A DNA stretch of 63,413 nucleotides, filler included, from Basidioascus undulatus (taxonomy: Eukaryota), in the NCBI GenBank assembly GCA_000826855.1. It is 16 parts of 16 records of this genome, joined end to end, with 100 filler letters (N's around TTAATTAATTAA, not from the genome) between each part and the next. Parts side by side here need not be neighbours in the genome. Positions count along the whole stretch, not along the records: positions 34,149 to 36,739 come from JTLS01002703.1; positions 36,840 to 39,429 come from JTLS01002704.1; positions 39,530 to 42,111 come from JTLS01002705.1; positions 42,212 to 44,777 come from JTLS01002706.1; positions 44,878 to 47,442 come from JTLS01002707.1; 11 more parts are not named here. One strand, 5' to 3'. The notes below the pieces were generated by a model that made no database searches, was not told the DNA's origin, and worked only from the letters and a program-made list of their open reading frames with translations. How positions within the stretch are numbered: the first letter of the stretch is position 1; every line of letters starts with the position of its first letter. Positions 34,443-45,013 of this stretch are shown piece after piece. A program made the position numbers and the translations under genes.

Positions 34443-35086
34443 TGCCAGGAATTGATGACGAATGTAAGAAAGGAAGACATGGCGACGAAAATGGACGAAG
34501 AAGAATGGGAAGGAGTCGAGTCAAGAAGTTCAGAAGCAAGCGTTCGTCGAGTCACGACGTTGCTTATCGCGGGTCGCTTGCGTACCGAGGCCTGCGCTCG
34601 GCCAGATACAGACCTCGGCTGCAGAGCTGCGAAACTGTTATCGGGTTCGTTTGATACTCCCAAAGCTCATATCTTTGCGTGTAAGGGATGCTGTTCTGCT
34701 TCAGAAGGTGTGCGCCGTAGACATCGGACAGTACGTACTACTACCGTCAGAACTGGTTTATGCAACGTGATACCTGCTGCCCGGGGCTGGTGTAGTTTCG
34801 GTGTCCCTGCCCATTGACATGCTGTATGTTAAGAATTTGCAGCTCATGATCACTTCGACCAATGCACCACTGGGAGGAAAAAGAGAAAAGGCCAATTGCG
34901 GACGGGTGTTTGCACCTCCGAGGCTCCGATCCAGCTCGGACGACCGGCCCGGTCGTTCGGAGCGTCTTCCGCTCCTCCTTGCGTGTGGCTTCTCAGTCCC
35001 GGCGCTATGAAACCGCTCCAGCTCCATCTCGAAATGCGTCTTACCATCTCCCCCGTACCATCTGCCATCACAGAGTATCCTTAAGC

Positions 35087-36080
35087 ATGATATCCCGCTC
35101 AAGCTCAAGACCCTTCGCGCGTACAGTCGCCGCTGCTGCTGCGCGTCCAAGACTCGCCCCGATGCCGATGGCGATGGGCAGGTGTAGCTTGAGCTCGAGC
35201 TTGGGAAGGGCATCGGAAGCGGGACGGGTGATAAGATGGAAGTGGGGTGCTGGGGCGGGGGTGGGTATCGGGGGACTGGTACGTCGTTTCTTTCAATCGA
35301 GGTCGAACGGTAGGGACTGACCGTGAATGAGCAGGCAACCTTCCTCCTTCTCTCCTCCCCGCTCGCGCTCGACGACGAGGCAGTCTCCACGACCCAGCCC
35401 TCAGGGCAGGGTCTGATATCGTACCAAGAAGTAGAGAAGCACAACACGCGCGGGTCCTGCTGGGTGGTAATCAACTCAATGGTCTACGAGTCCGTCCCCT
35501 CCTCCCTCTCCTCTTCCCTCCCCCACTAACCTTCTTCCCCCCTCCCCTCCCCCCCCGAAGCGTGACCGACTTCCTCTCCGCTCACCCGGGGGGCGCGTCC
35601 GTGATCCTCAAGAACTCAGGGCAGGACGCGACGTCCGTGTACACGCCCATCCACCCGCCAGGCACGATCGAGAACACCCTCCCGCCCGAGGCGGTCGTGG
35701 GCCCGATCGACCCGCTCACGGTGCCGGAGCGTGCGAAGGTCGTCACGGAGGATGAGCGGAGGGTGGAGGAGGCCAGGAGGAGGATGCCACCGGTTGCAGG
35801 GATGGTTAGTTTGGACGACTTTGAGGTGCGTTGCTCAGTGGGGGGAAGGGGAGGGGGAGAGCGCTGAAGGTTGGGGAGCGAAATCAGAGAGTCGCGAAGG
35901 ACGTGTTGAGCAAGACGGCGTGGGCTTATTACTCGTCCGCGGGGGATGACGAGTATGGTGACCCTCCGTCTCCTATTGCACTCAATACCCCTTGCGTCCC
36001 AGCTGAGCTACCCCTCCTCTCCTCCCAGCTGCACGCGAGAACCGCGCCGCCTTCAAGCGGTACTGGTTCCGACCGCGAAT
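35087..36080 (+). CDS. CYB2: Flavocytochrome b2 (L-lactate/L-mandelate dehydrogenase), N-terminal part only
   Basis: Arg/Ser/Ala-rich presequence; cytochrome b5 domain [32 protein letters not shown]...GQDAT...IHPP; start of FMN domain LDDFE...AWAYYSSAGDDE...ENRAAFKRYWFRPR. Confidence 0.9.
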
Positions 36081-36146
36081 GTTTGTCCCCTCTCCCATCT
36101 CTCCCTCTCCCTTTTCTACCCATTCCCCCTCCCCTGAATCCGCCAG

Positions 36147-36739
36147 TCGACCAGGAGAAGGGGTCGTACGACTACCTGATGGGTGCGTCTCTCTCGAGCT
36201 CGGAGGCAGTTAAGAAGGAGGAAGGCTGGCTGATATGCGGTGATTGCGTGGACAGGCGCCGATATCGACCATGACCACCCTGAGGCGCGAGAGGATCTCA
36301 AGAAGTTCGTGTGGTTTTTGATATAATCGCAAAAACAACTGCTGACACGCACATCCTGCTTGCAGCTGGGGCGTCTGGATCCTCAAAGAACTGGGTGAGC
36401 CGCTTCGCCACCTACCCTCCAATCGAAACCAGTCTCTGACTTTCCCCCCAGGCGCCGAGGGATTCCGCTTCGACGCGATCAAACACATTGACGAAAAGGT
36501 CCGCTTCTTCCCCTCTCCCTCACATCCTTCCAACCAAGACTCATGATTTTTGACGGCGGGTGCGCAACAGTTCATCGCCGAGTTCGTCAAGCACGTCCGC
36601 GCCGAGACGGGCAACGACGATCTCTTCGCAGTTGGCGAGTTCTGGAAAGACTCGATCGACGACATCAACGGGTACCTGACGCGCTTCGACGCGCAGTTTA
36701 GCGTGTTTGACGCACCGCTGCAGTGAGTACAACTCCCCC
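36147..36739 (+). CDS. Internal fragment of GH13_5-type alpha-amylase
   Basis: VDQEKGSYDYLMGADIDHDHPE; WGVW; GFRFDAIKHI (catalytic Asp); FAVGEFW (catalytic Glu); FSVFDAPLH. Confidence 0.92.
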
Positions 36740-37469
36740 NNNNNNNNNNNNNNNNNNNNNNNNNNNNNNNNNNNNNNNNNNNNTTAATTAATTAANNNNN
36801 NNNNNNNNNNNNNNNNNNNNNNNNNNNNNNNNNNNNNNNACCCCGTCCGCCGCCCCCAGACCCACCAAGCAATCCACCCTCTCCACCACCTTCTTTACGG
36901 CGTCTAAGGCGCGTGCAGATGCCCCGGCCGCCAAGCCGAAGTCTCAGACACAGTCGCAGGAGCGGGATGGTTCGGCTGCCCGGTCCCCGACAAAGTCGTT
37001 GAGCTGGGCGGAGGCGGGGGACGTTATTGATTTGACTTGACGGAAGATGGGATGGGGGCTGCTTTCGGTTTGATGGGGCTGCTTGCTTCGATTTTGCCTT
37101 GCTTAGTTTATCCATTGAATGCTGTTTCACATACTGCCAGGCACTGCAGAATTCGCAGTACGTGGTGAGAGCGATTGAGACTTATCTCTCTGTGTACGCG
37201 AGATTTCGATTGGAAGTATCTGTTCCGCAGGATTTTTTCATTGGAAGTCAATACTGCTGAAAGGGATGCTGGAGGACGAAAATCGCAAAGGAAGGCCACC
37301 GCGGACCCTCAAGAAATGAAACGCGCCCAGCACGCGCCCGCGTGAGCGACACGCCGGATCCTCATCGCTCTCCCGGAACCCATCTCGCCCTCCTTCCTCC
37401 ACGCCATCATCCCTCATTCCCCTCTCCCGCCCACGCTCTCCACCCTACTCCTCCCCGCACCGCCGCACC

Positions 37470-38048
37470 ATGTCAACCTCCACCGGCGCGCCCGCCCCGC
37501 CCACCAACAACAAAGGCAAAGCCAAGGTGGACCTCCCTCCCCCTCTCGTAGTCAGTCTGGGGCGGCGATGGTTGACCTGCGCAGGGCTGGCGCGGACAGC
37601 TCGGCGCCGCGACGGTCGCGAGCCAGGCGGACGACCAGAAGTACATCTCAAAGTACCGGGATCTTAAGCAGCGCACACGGGAGATCATGGCTGTGCGTTC
37701 CCTGTCCTTCCTCCCTCTCCTCCCTCGGTGGGCGAGGCCGACTGGGTGGGTGTGTGGGGGGTAGGATAACGATAAGCTCCACTTGAAGGTGTTGAAGACT
37801 AAGCGGGCGATCCAGAGAATCAGGATCGAGAGGGCGTGCGTCTTCCCTCCCCCCTCCCACAGGATCCCACCGAAAGCATCCTGCGCGGCACGGAGGTCGA
37901 CCCAGCAGGGAGCGCCTCGCGGCGGCAGCGTACCCTGCCCGGGCCGAAGGTCGTACATAGGCGGATTTGGATGGGCACTGACCCGGGCGCGGGCGAGGTG
38001 ATCGAGGTGATGAAGAAGAGGGAGAAGGAGCCGGAGGTGGGTGTCTGA
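37470..38048 (+). CDS. Small coiled-coil protein resembling an INO80 complex subunit (INO80E/F, Nhp10 N-terminal-like)
   Basis: DQKYISKYRDLKQRTREIMA|DNDKLHLKVLKTKRAIQRIRIERA. Confidence 0.6.
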
Positions 38049-39010
38049 GGAGAGATGCGAGGTGGGAGAGGAGGAGGGGCGCGTGGGGAGGGAGGAGCTA
38101 GGAGCCATTGGGGGAGTGAGGAGGTATAGTGGCGAGCGAGATGCATCCGTGGTTTGTAATTGGAGTGGCTTAGGAGATGCATGCAGAAGATAGGCCTTTG
38201 TTGGGCAGGTCAGGCTTTGGATGTGAGCTGTCGGCAGAGTGGGTCAGTAGGAAGAGTGTTCGTGCTCGTGGCCACTTCTCGACCATCATCCAGAGAGTAC
38301 CATGGGAGTTTCTAAAAGTTTGAAGAGTAGCACTCCTCCGTATCTACAATACACTGCTTCATCCCCCAGATGAGCTATGTGCTGTGTACAGTTGTGCTGG
38401 GACTGCCCGGCCACAGAACAGCGTGAGTTGTGATCTGATAACTTATATGAGCATAAAATTCCCAAACCACCTCTTCACCATTGTGAAGGACACAATGACG
38501 TCTCGGGCGCATCAGCGACCGGAAGGTTTAAACAAAGAAGGGGACAGCAAGACCTGCAGCCGGCTGACATTCCGTGAGATGAGCAAGAGTCTCTAGCACT
38601 CGGTTACAAAGTCTTTCGAGTCGGATTTTTTATACTTGGTATGGATGAAGAGGAAAAATGAAACGTTGTGCTGTGTGTCCCTTACACTTGAACAACGTCG
38701 TGATCCGCACTGGATGGCAGTGTCAAGGTATGAAGTCGACCCAGATGTTACACCCTGAGGGGATGAACTGTTTCACAAAGGAGAGATCAGAATTAAAAGA
38801 TTCCGAATGCCGCTGCAGGTCGGGGGAAGGGGAGGCTCAAGTGCCGAAACTGATTTCGAGGACTGCAGGATCGCGTCCAGCAGAGCACGCGCGGCGGACG
38901 CGCAGCCAGGCGTTGCTCTTCCGCTTCTCCTCGCACTCATCCAGCATCCTCGCATCCTTCTTTCCTCCTCTGTATCCCACCACCAGCCCACCTCAGCCCC
39001 AACTCTCAGC

Positions 39011-39429
39011 ATGGGCAACACGCCGTCTTCCACGGCGTCGCAGCAGTTCTTCCACGTCGTCCGAGTCTCGTCCGACTCGCCCGCGTCCGACGCGGGCATC
39101 GAGCCCTTCTTCGACTTCATCGTAGGTCTCCTTCGGCCCAGATTCGATCTCCTTTGTTTTCTGGATGCGTAGCCTGACGTTGGTATGGTGTGGAATAGAT
39201 CGGGATCGAGGGCATCGCGATCGAGCTGGGTGCTGGCGCGGAGACGCTGCACCGGATAGTGGACGAGTACGAGGGGCAGAGCGTCCTCCTCCAAGTCTGG
39301 TCCTCCAAGCGACAAGAGATCAGAGGTGCGTCTTCTCCCCTCTCCTTCTATACCGAATTCCTTTTTCGTTCCCTCAATAACCCCTTACCCTGCCCACACA
39401 GACGTTCGTCTCACCCCCTCCCGCTCCTG
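39011..39429 (+). CDS. GRH1: GRASP55/65 Golgi reassembly stacking protein, 5' part
   Basis: MGNTPSS (myristoylation-type N-terminus); FHVVRVSSDSPASDAGIEPFFDFIIGI; LQVWSSKRQEIRDVRLTPSRS. Confidence 0.9.
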
Positions 39430-40577
39430 NNNNNNNNNNNNNNNNNNNNNNNNNNNNNNNNNNNNNNNNNNNNTTAATTAATTAANNNNNNNNNNNNNNN
39501 NNNNNNNNNNNNNNNNNNNNNNNNNNNNNCTCCCTCCCCCTCCCCTTTCTCCTTCTCAGCGCTGCCCGAGCTCCACGTTGCCCGCACCCACACCCGCCTG
39601 CGTTTGCGCTGCTGCCCTGCCTGACGGCGGGCAACATCCTGTCGCCATCTCGAGTATATGAAGGCAAACACAAGTCTGCAACCACCCACATTGAGCACCA
39701 CGACCCGGAAAATGATCCACGCTGCGCGAGGATCCGGAGGGGTGTCAGTCCCGAAGTTTCCTGCCCAGCCCCAGGGGGCAGCAAGTGCAACAACGTATAC
39801 GCACGCCTGCAAAGGCACAGCAGAGTTTCACGTTGAGCCATCATTATGGATGTTCAAACCTCACAGCTCACAGCTCTGACTGATAATGGAGGGAAGGCAG
39901 TGCTCGGATGCCAGCGGGCTTCATAAACATCCCGGGAGCCCGAAATATGGCATATGGGTCTCTTCCCTTCCCCTTCCTCTCTGCTGCTTATGCCGGATGC
40001 GTCCGGATATACTAGCGTTGTGTCTTCTTTGACTTGCACCGCCATCCCTACTGCAGCTCCACCACCTTCTTCATCCATCGAGTGCTGCACGACCCACGCC
40101 CACACCCATCTCTGTCTGCATCACCGAGGATCAGCAATGGCTGTCCCTTTCCCTTTCGCCATCCACACAGCTCTGATTCTCATTGTACATGCGGCCACCT
40201 CGATGTAAGGGGCCATCTCCATTTTGATCTCACACTTGTCCGGGTCGCACAACAGCACGCGTTCCACTCCAGGGCCTCCTCGATGCTCGACAACATGTGC
40301 TGCGGTTCAATGCAAGGCGTCTGTTGTGCTCGAGGAGAACGCGTTACTATATCTCTGACCCAGCGCTTCCGTTGGACCGCGCACAAAGGCGACCTCAACG
40401 GAAACGGCACCCCTGTCCAAGGCCTCTTCCTACGCCGGCACTCGACGGCGGACGAAGTCCAGGCGGCCAACACGAATCGTGATGCGTTTGCCCGGCGTTT
40501 ACGTTGCTTCCGCCTTAGCTCTTCCGTCCTTAAACGGGACTGCCTCTCAACTGTGCTGTTCTCGGTGTACCTTTAAG

Positions 40578-42056
40578 ATGTTTCTGGTCGCTCGCCCCTA
40601 CGTACCAGGGCCTGGCATCGCGCGTCCGTCCGGCATACACCCCAGCAAGCCTGAGGACCGCCTTTCATCGAGTCCCGAGCCCCACATCAGATTCTTCGCT
40701 CTCCAGAAGTCACTACCCACAGCCCACCCATCTCCGAGCGCAAACGGGGACGACTCCGACGAGCATCACGGCTTCACCGAAGAGGAATCGAGTCCTGCGG
40801 GCCAGGGAGGCGCGGACAACTCGGGGTACTACCCCGCCTGGGGCACAAAATCTCGGACGAGAAATACGTTGTTGTTCGGAAGCTTGGACGGGGTGCTACT
40901 CGAGTGTATGGCTCGCGCGAGATCTGTCATGCGTTGCCTAAGCACGGCTTTCCCAACCCGTTGTAAGCTGAGCTACTGCAACACGCCGGCAGGACCGCTT
41001 TGTCGCGTTGAAGATCCTGACGACGGAGGCAGCTCTTGAGACCAGCTCGACAAAAGCGACAAGATCCCCCTCGTCGAGAAGGTCAATCAGGCCGCGCCGG
41101 ACCACCCGGGTTGCGGCCACGTCCTCGAGTACATCGAGACGTTTACACTCAACAGCCCGCACGGAGAGCATAGGTGTATCCTCACAGAGGTCCTCGGCGT
41201 CGACCTCAACGTCTACATGAAAGCTCATCCGAACATGCAGCTCCCGATCGAGATCGTTAAGCGCATCGTTGGCCAGGTCCTGCTCGCGCTCGACTATCTC
41301 CACAACGAGTGCGGTATTGTGCACACGGCTGCGTGGGCGCTCTTCACCTCGGCTCCTTCAGAACACAAAGTATAAACAGGGGTTTATCCATTTCGCAGAT
41401 CTCAAGCACGACAACATCATTTTCCGTCCAGACAACCTCAACCGCATCGTGGCCGAAGCCCTCGTCTCCCACCCGTCTTCGACGTACTCCTGCGGGACCG
41501 ACGCACGTCCTGGTAGAGAAATGGTGTAGGTTAAGTCTCAGGTGCTTGCTACTTCCACCGGCGGTATCGACGAGAAAAGGAAGGACTTGCACGCTGTCAT
41601 TGCGGATTTCGGAAACTGTGCGTCTGCGTCTCATATTGTCATGCCAAGTCTCACATCTAGTCCTCTGCTCGTGATTGACTTTTTGGTCGGATTGGGCATC
41701 GGATAGGCAAGCCTTTTAGACCATTCAATCTTATATCTTGAGAGCTCCCCAGGTTCTCGCTCGGCTATCCATGGGACTGCGGTGTGGACAACTGGAGCAT
41801 GGGATGTCTTGTTTGTCCGCTATACTTCTAAGCACTTAGTAAGATGACATTCAGAACTTCTCTTCCCCTCCAGGTGTACGAGCTGGTCACCGGGTGCGCG
41901 CTGTTCGAGCCGATCACCGAGCGAGAATGGACCAGAGAAGAGGACCGCCTGGCGCACATGCAGACTCTCTATTCAAGAATGGATGAGAGCAGTCGAGTCG
42001 AGACTAGTTTCTTGGTAGACTGCACTTACGTTACGACGCGTCTTGTCACCTCTTAG
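40578..42056 (+). pseudogene. SRPK-like (CMGC) protein kinase pseudogene
   Basis: GYYP, YVVVRKLGRG.YSSVWLARD, FVALKIL, HGEHRC, QVLLALDYLHNECGIVHTDLKHDNI and IADFG lie in several frames. There are at least three frameshifts, an in-frame TAG at 41527-41529 and a damaged splice donor after IVHT. Confidence 0.85.
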
Positions 42057-42242
42057 GGCATTCCTGCCATCGTCGGTCGATCATCGTCGCCAAGTTTATC
42101 GAGGAAATGGANNNNNNNNNNNNNNNNNNNNNNNNNNNNNNNNNNNNNNNNNNNNTTAATTAATTAANNNNNNNNNNNNNNNNNNNNNNNNNNNNNNNNN
42201 NNNNNNNNNNNGGGAAGCTGACGGGGACTGTGGGGAGGACAG

Positions 42243-42905
42243 GAAGAGCCCGGTTAACCCAATTATGGAATTTGCGAGGGCGAGCGAGGACGTGAAGGGC
42301 GTTGTGGACGACTGGGGAGGAGCGGAGGAGGAGGTGCTACATCTTGAGGTACGTCTTTCTTCCATCTCGCTCCTTCCCAGCATTGCAGCATCGCACAATA
42401 CCGCCACCCCACAAACTCACCCGGCTCTATCCCCCCATCCCTGACACCCGCCCCTTTTCCCGGCCCTCAGGGACAAATCCACCTAAACCGCAAGCCCGCC
42501 TCCCTGCGCTTCACCTCTCCCTCGGGGCGGGAGAACTTCACGCACATCGTCCTCTCGCAAACGCGCCCGCTGCCGCTCCTCGTGGACGTTGCCGAGCGCA
42601 TCGCGGCGCGCATGACGGAGCGGTGCGAGGGGCGCGCGTGGATGGCTGCTCATATGCGCAGGACGGACTTTGTTAGGGCGGGGTGGCCGATGGAGAAAAC
42701 TATTGAGGGTACGTCTTGGTTGCTTTCTTTTCGTGATCGGGGTCGGTGGGAGAAGATAGAGAGGGGAGAGGAAGCAGTGCAGGGGAAAGAAGCTGATGCG
42801 GAGAAGGGGAGTGTAGCTCATGTGCAGCGAGTGAAGGAGCGCCTGGGGAGGGGGAGGGAGATGCTGCAGCGGGAGCCGGAGCTTCTGCGGCATGGGGCTG
42901 CTGCT

Positions 42906-42936
<31 letters not shown>

Positions 42937-43673
42937 AGGAGGAGCGTGGGAAGATGGAGGAGCGCGGGGAGGTGTTGGAGGAGGAGGAGGAGGAGGCCTG
43001 GGAGAAGGCGCCTGAGAAGAAGACGGAGAGCGAGGAGGGCCTGCCGCTTCCGCCGGCCCTGGGAGACCCGTGCGTCTTCTTCTCTTCTCACTCGTCTTCG
43101 CAATCGCTCATTTGATGCACGGAGAAACAGATTTTACATCGCTACTGTCCGTTTTCCTCTCTCTCTCTCTCCCCTCGCCTCCCTTCTCTCCCCTCTTTTA
43201 GTTCGCCTTCTCCCCCTTCCACGATGCTGACTTGAGATGGCTGGCGGGCTTACACGGACAGGACGAGTCGGACCCCTCGAACCTGACCTACATCCGCTCA
43301 CAAGGCGCCGTCCTCCTCGACGACCTCCTCACGCCCGCGGACCGGCACCTCCTCGGCTGGCGCGGGCTGTTTGTGGACTCGCTCGCGGTTGTGGAGCAGA
43401 TTGTCATGAGTCGGGGTACGCCTTTGCACTTCGCCCTTCCCCTGCCCGTTCCTCCCTTCTCCCCCGTTCTTCCGCCAGCTTCAGTTTCTTGCGCTTCGTC
43501 TCTTTCCAAGCATTCTCTAGAGCGTTCGAGAGCACGTCGGACTGACCCAGTTGGGACGGGGTGGGCGGACAGCGGCATTCTTTTACGGGCACGCGATGAG
43601 CTCGCTTGCGGGCGGAGTGGTGAACTTGAGGGCCCAGGAGGGGTGGAGCATGCGAACTACGCTGATTGATTGA
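42243..43673 (+). CDS. 3' part of GDP-fucose O-fucosyltransferase-like (GT-B) protein
   Basis: WMAAHMRRTDF; FYIATDE; LAVVEQIVMSRAAFFYGHAMSS, matching the O-FucT HxRRxD, ATD and EQ...F.G...SS motifs. Confidence 0.78.
42897..42935 (+). repeat. (GCT)3(GCG)10 trinucleotide repeat encoding poly-Ala
   Basis: Seen directly; in frame within the O-FucT-like exon. Confidence 0.9.
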
Positions 43674-45013
43674 TCGATTTATTGCATACACTACACACGA
43701 ACAAGGATGTGCGGAGGCGGTGGGGTGCAGCTAGCTAGCAGTGCGAGTTTCAAAGGCAGAAAGCGCGGAGGGACATGGTCGCGGCAGCCTTCGCAAGCGT
43801 AAAGGTCTCGTTTCGTTTCATATCCTTGCGAGAACTTCTTGTCTTGGGACGCTACGGGCACATTGTGTACGTTGTGCTTTCGAGACGATGCCCGATCTTT
43901 TGTAGGTAACGAATAACCGCAGCCCCAAGGTGTAACCAAAGATTCACCTGAAAATAATGCCTCCCAATTGTTATGGTGATTCTAATTCACTAGAGGCTTC
44001 CGGTCTTACGGTTGCAATCCAGAAAGTCGTTCGGCGGTGACCGCGGCACGTCTCTTCGCCTCCTTCTTCCACTCTATCTTCCCCCGCACCTTTCCTACCG
44101 CGCAGCTTCCAATATTCACTAGGACTCGATCTATCTGTGACAACGTAGCATCTTCTTCGAGCTTATCGATTATGCTTATTCAAACTCGCGTCGAGGCTGT
44201 TCGCCGCGTCGGCGTGGACACTCCCGACACCAAATACGTCGATATCGCCGGGTTCCATCCCATTTCCGATTACTGCATCGGAGTCATGAGCTCTTTGACT
44301 CCAGAGCTCGGACTGTACGCAGTGAACTTATCCCCGGGAGCGCTCTTCTCGTCGTCCAATACGGCACCGCGACTCTCGTACAGCACACTCAGGGCGGAGG
44401 TTACTACGATGGAGCGGGCCTCGAAGTGTGATGAGGGCGACACGGGCGCTGAATACGGTGCATGGGCGTACGTTCATACAGTATTCATCTTCCGCGTACT
44501 CCCCCGCACCTTTTCACAGTATCATGTTCGCTTCTCACGGTCGCAAGCTTCAGCGCCTCGGTTTTCTCAAAGATCTCGTCTTACGACATCGCACATCGTC
44601 AGGAGGTCCCTTCGGTTCAATCGTGGTCAAGGGACCCGTCCTTCCACGCGCAGTGGCGCATCTGCGATACTGAAGAAGACGGTATGTGGTACCGTCAACG
44701 CTAATAACGCGCCTAATATGGGGTTGATTTTGGTCCATATCTTCCTTATCAGAGACTATTTTCCGTTATGCCATTCGNNNNNNNNNNNNNNNNNNNNNNN
44801 NNNNNNNNNNNNNNNNNNNNNTTAATTAATTAANNNNNNNNNNNNNNNNNNNNNNNNNNNNNNNNNNNNNNNNNNNNTACCGCGCACCTTCTCTCTTTCC
44901 TGCCGACAGACGATGAAACAGATTCGCGGCAGTGAATCAAAGTGAATGCAATATATAAATCGTGATGAAAGCAGAGCATCAAGAGCAGCAGGAAACACCC
45001 AAGCCCTCTAGTG

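Noticed and set aside
22254..43673. Apparent cell-wall gene cluster (AA9, UAP1, GH13_5, O-FucT)
   Set aside because: The genes lie on four different contigs separated by artificial spacers, so there is no evidence of linkage.
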